A stretch of DNA of 64,000 nt from Coleofasciculus sp. B1-GNL1-01 (GTDB taxonomy: Bacteria > Cyanobacteriota > Cyanobacteriia > Cyanobacteriales > Coleofasciculaceae), in the NCBI GenBank assembly GCA_040220235.1, contig JAVJTO010000163.1. One strand, written 5' to 3'. Made by a program: the position numbers and the translations under genes. The notes under the pieces were generated by a model that was not told the DNA's origin, did no database searches, and worked only from the letters and a program-made list of their open reading frames with translations. Of the stretch, positions 63,675 to 64,000 are shown piece after piece. How positions within the stretch are numbered: position 1 is the stretch's first letter; each line of letters starts with the position of its first letter.

Positions 63675-64000
63675 ATGGATGCTACAGAAATTCGGTCGCG
63701 TTATGCCGCAGGTGAAAGAAATTTTCGCAGTGTCAATCTGATTGGTGCTGACCTAAACCAAGCTGACCTAAGTTATTCTGACTTGAGTGGTGCTAATCTA
63801 AGCGAAGCTAATTTGCAAGGTGCTAATCTAACGGGTGCAGATCTCATTTTTACCACCCTCAGTGATGCGGATTTGAATGGAGCTAACTTGAGTGAGGCAA
63901 ACCTGATTGGCGCAAAGATGGGTGTTGCTAACCTGAGTGAGGCAAATCTGATCGGTGCCAACTTAATCAGTGCAGAACTCAGTGGTGCTAACCTCAAGGG
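63675..64000 (+). CDS. Pentapeptide repeat protein (runs off the window end)
   Basis: Manual translation MDATEIRSRYAAGERNFRSVNLIGADLNQADLSYSDLSGANL... Confidence 0.9.
   Translation, partial: MDATEIRSRYAAGERNFRSVNLIGADLNQADLSYSDLSGANLSEANLQGANLTGADLIFTTLSDADLNGANLSEANLIGAKMGVANLSEANLIGANLISAELSGANLK

Overview
A 64 kb chromosomal segment from a cyanobacterium. Evidence: psbM, psb29, ndhS, a CpcT lyase, bicA, frequent HIP1 GCGATCGC sites and 7-mer STRR repeats. The repeat style suggests a filamentous Coleofasciculus/Oscillatoriales-like genome (inference). Most genes are housekeeping: bicA, nhaS3, folB, ftsY, nusB, cry-DASH, wzc-like, fabG, trx, hemF, mrp, rodA, exbBD, aspA, ppa, leuA, nit. A dense layer of mobile DNA is interspersed. 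It includes an internally deleted IS that truncates a nuclease-like gene, an intact tnpB-only IS200/IS605 element with a probable non-autonomous relative, an IS1380 next to an orphan WD40 gene tail, and several nested MITE/REP families, some read in frame inside proteins. Two features are missing from the ORF track: psbM and a probable NtcA-controlled NsiR4 sRNA. The most unusual items are a fused helical-domain/nucleotidyltransferase gene (toxin-antitoxin-like), a diverged duplicate of the 3' end of a USP gene, a metallo-beta-lactamase-fold pseudoenzyme and repeat-derived protein segments. No CRISPR array, tRNA or rRNA was seen. All family assignments come from recalled motifs, not database searches.
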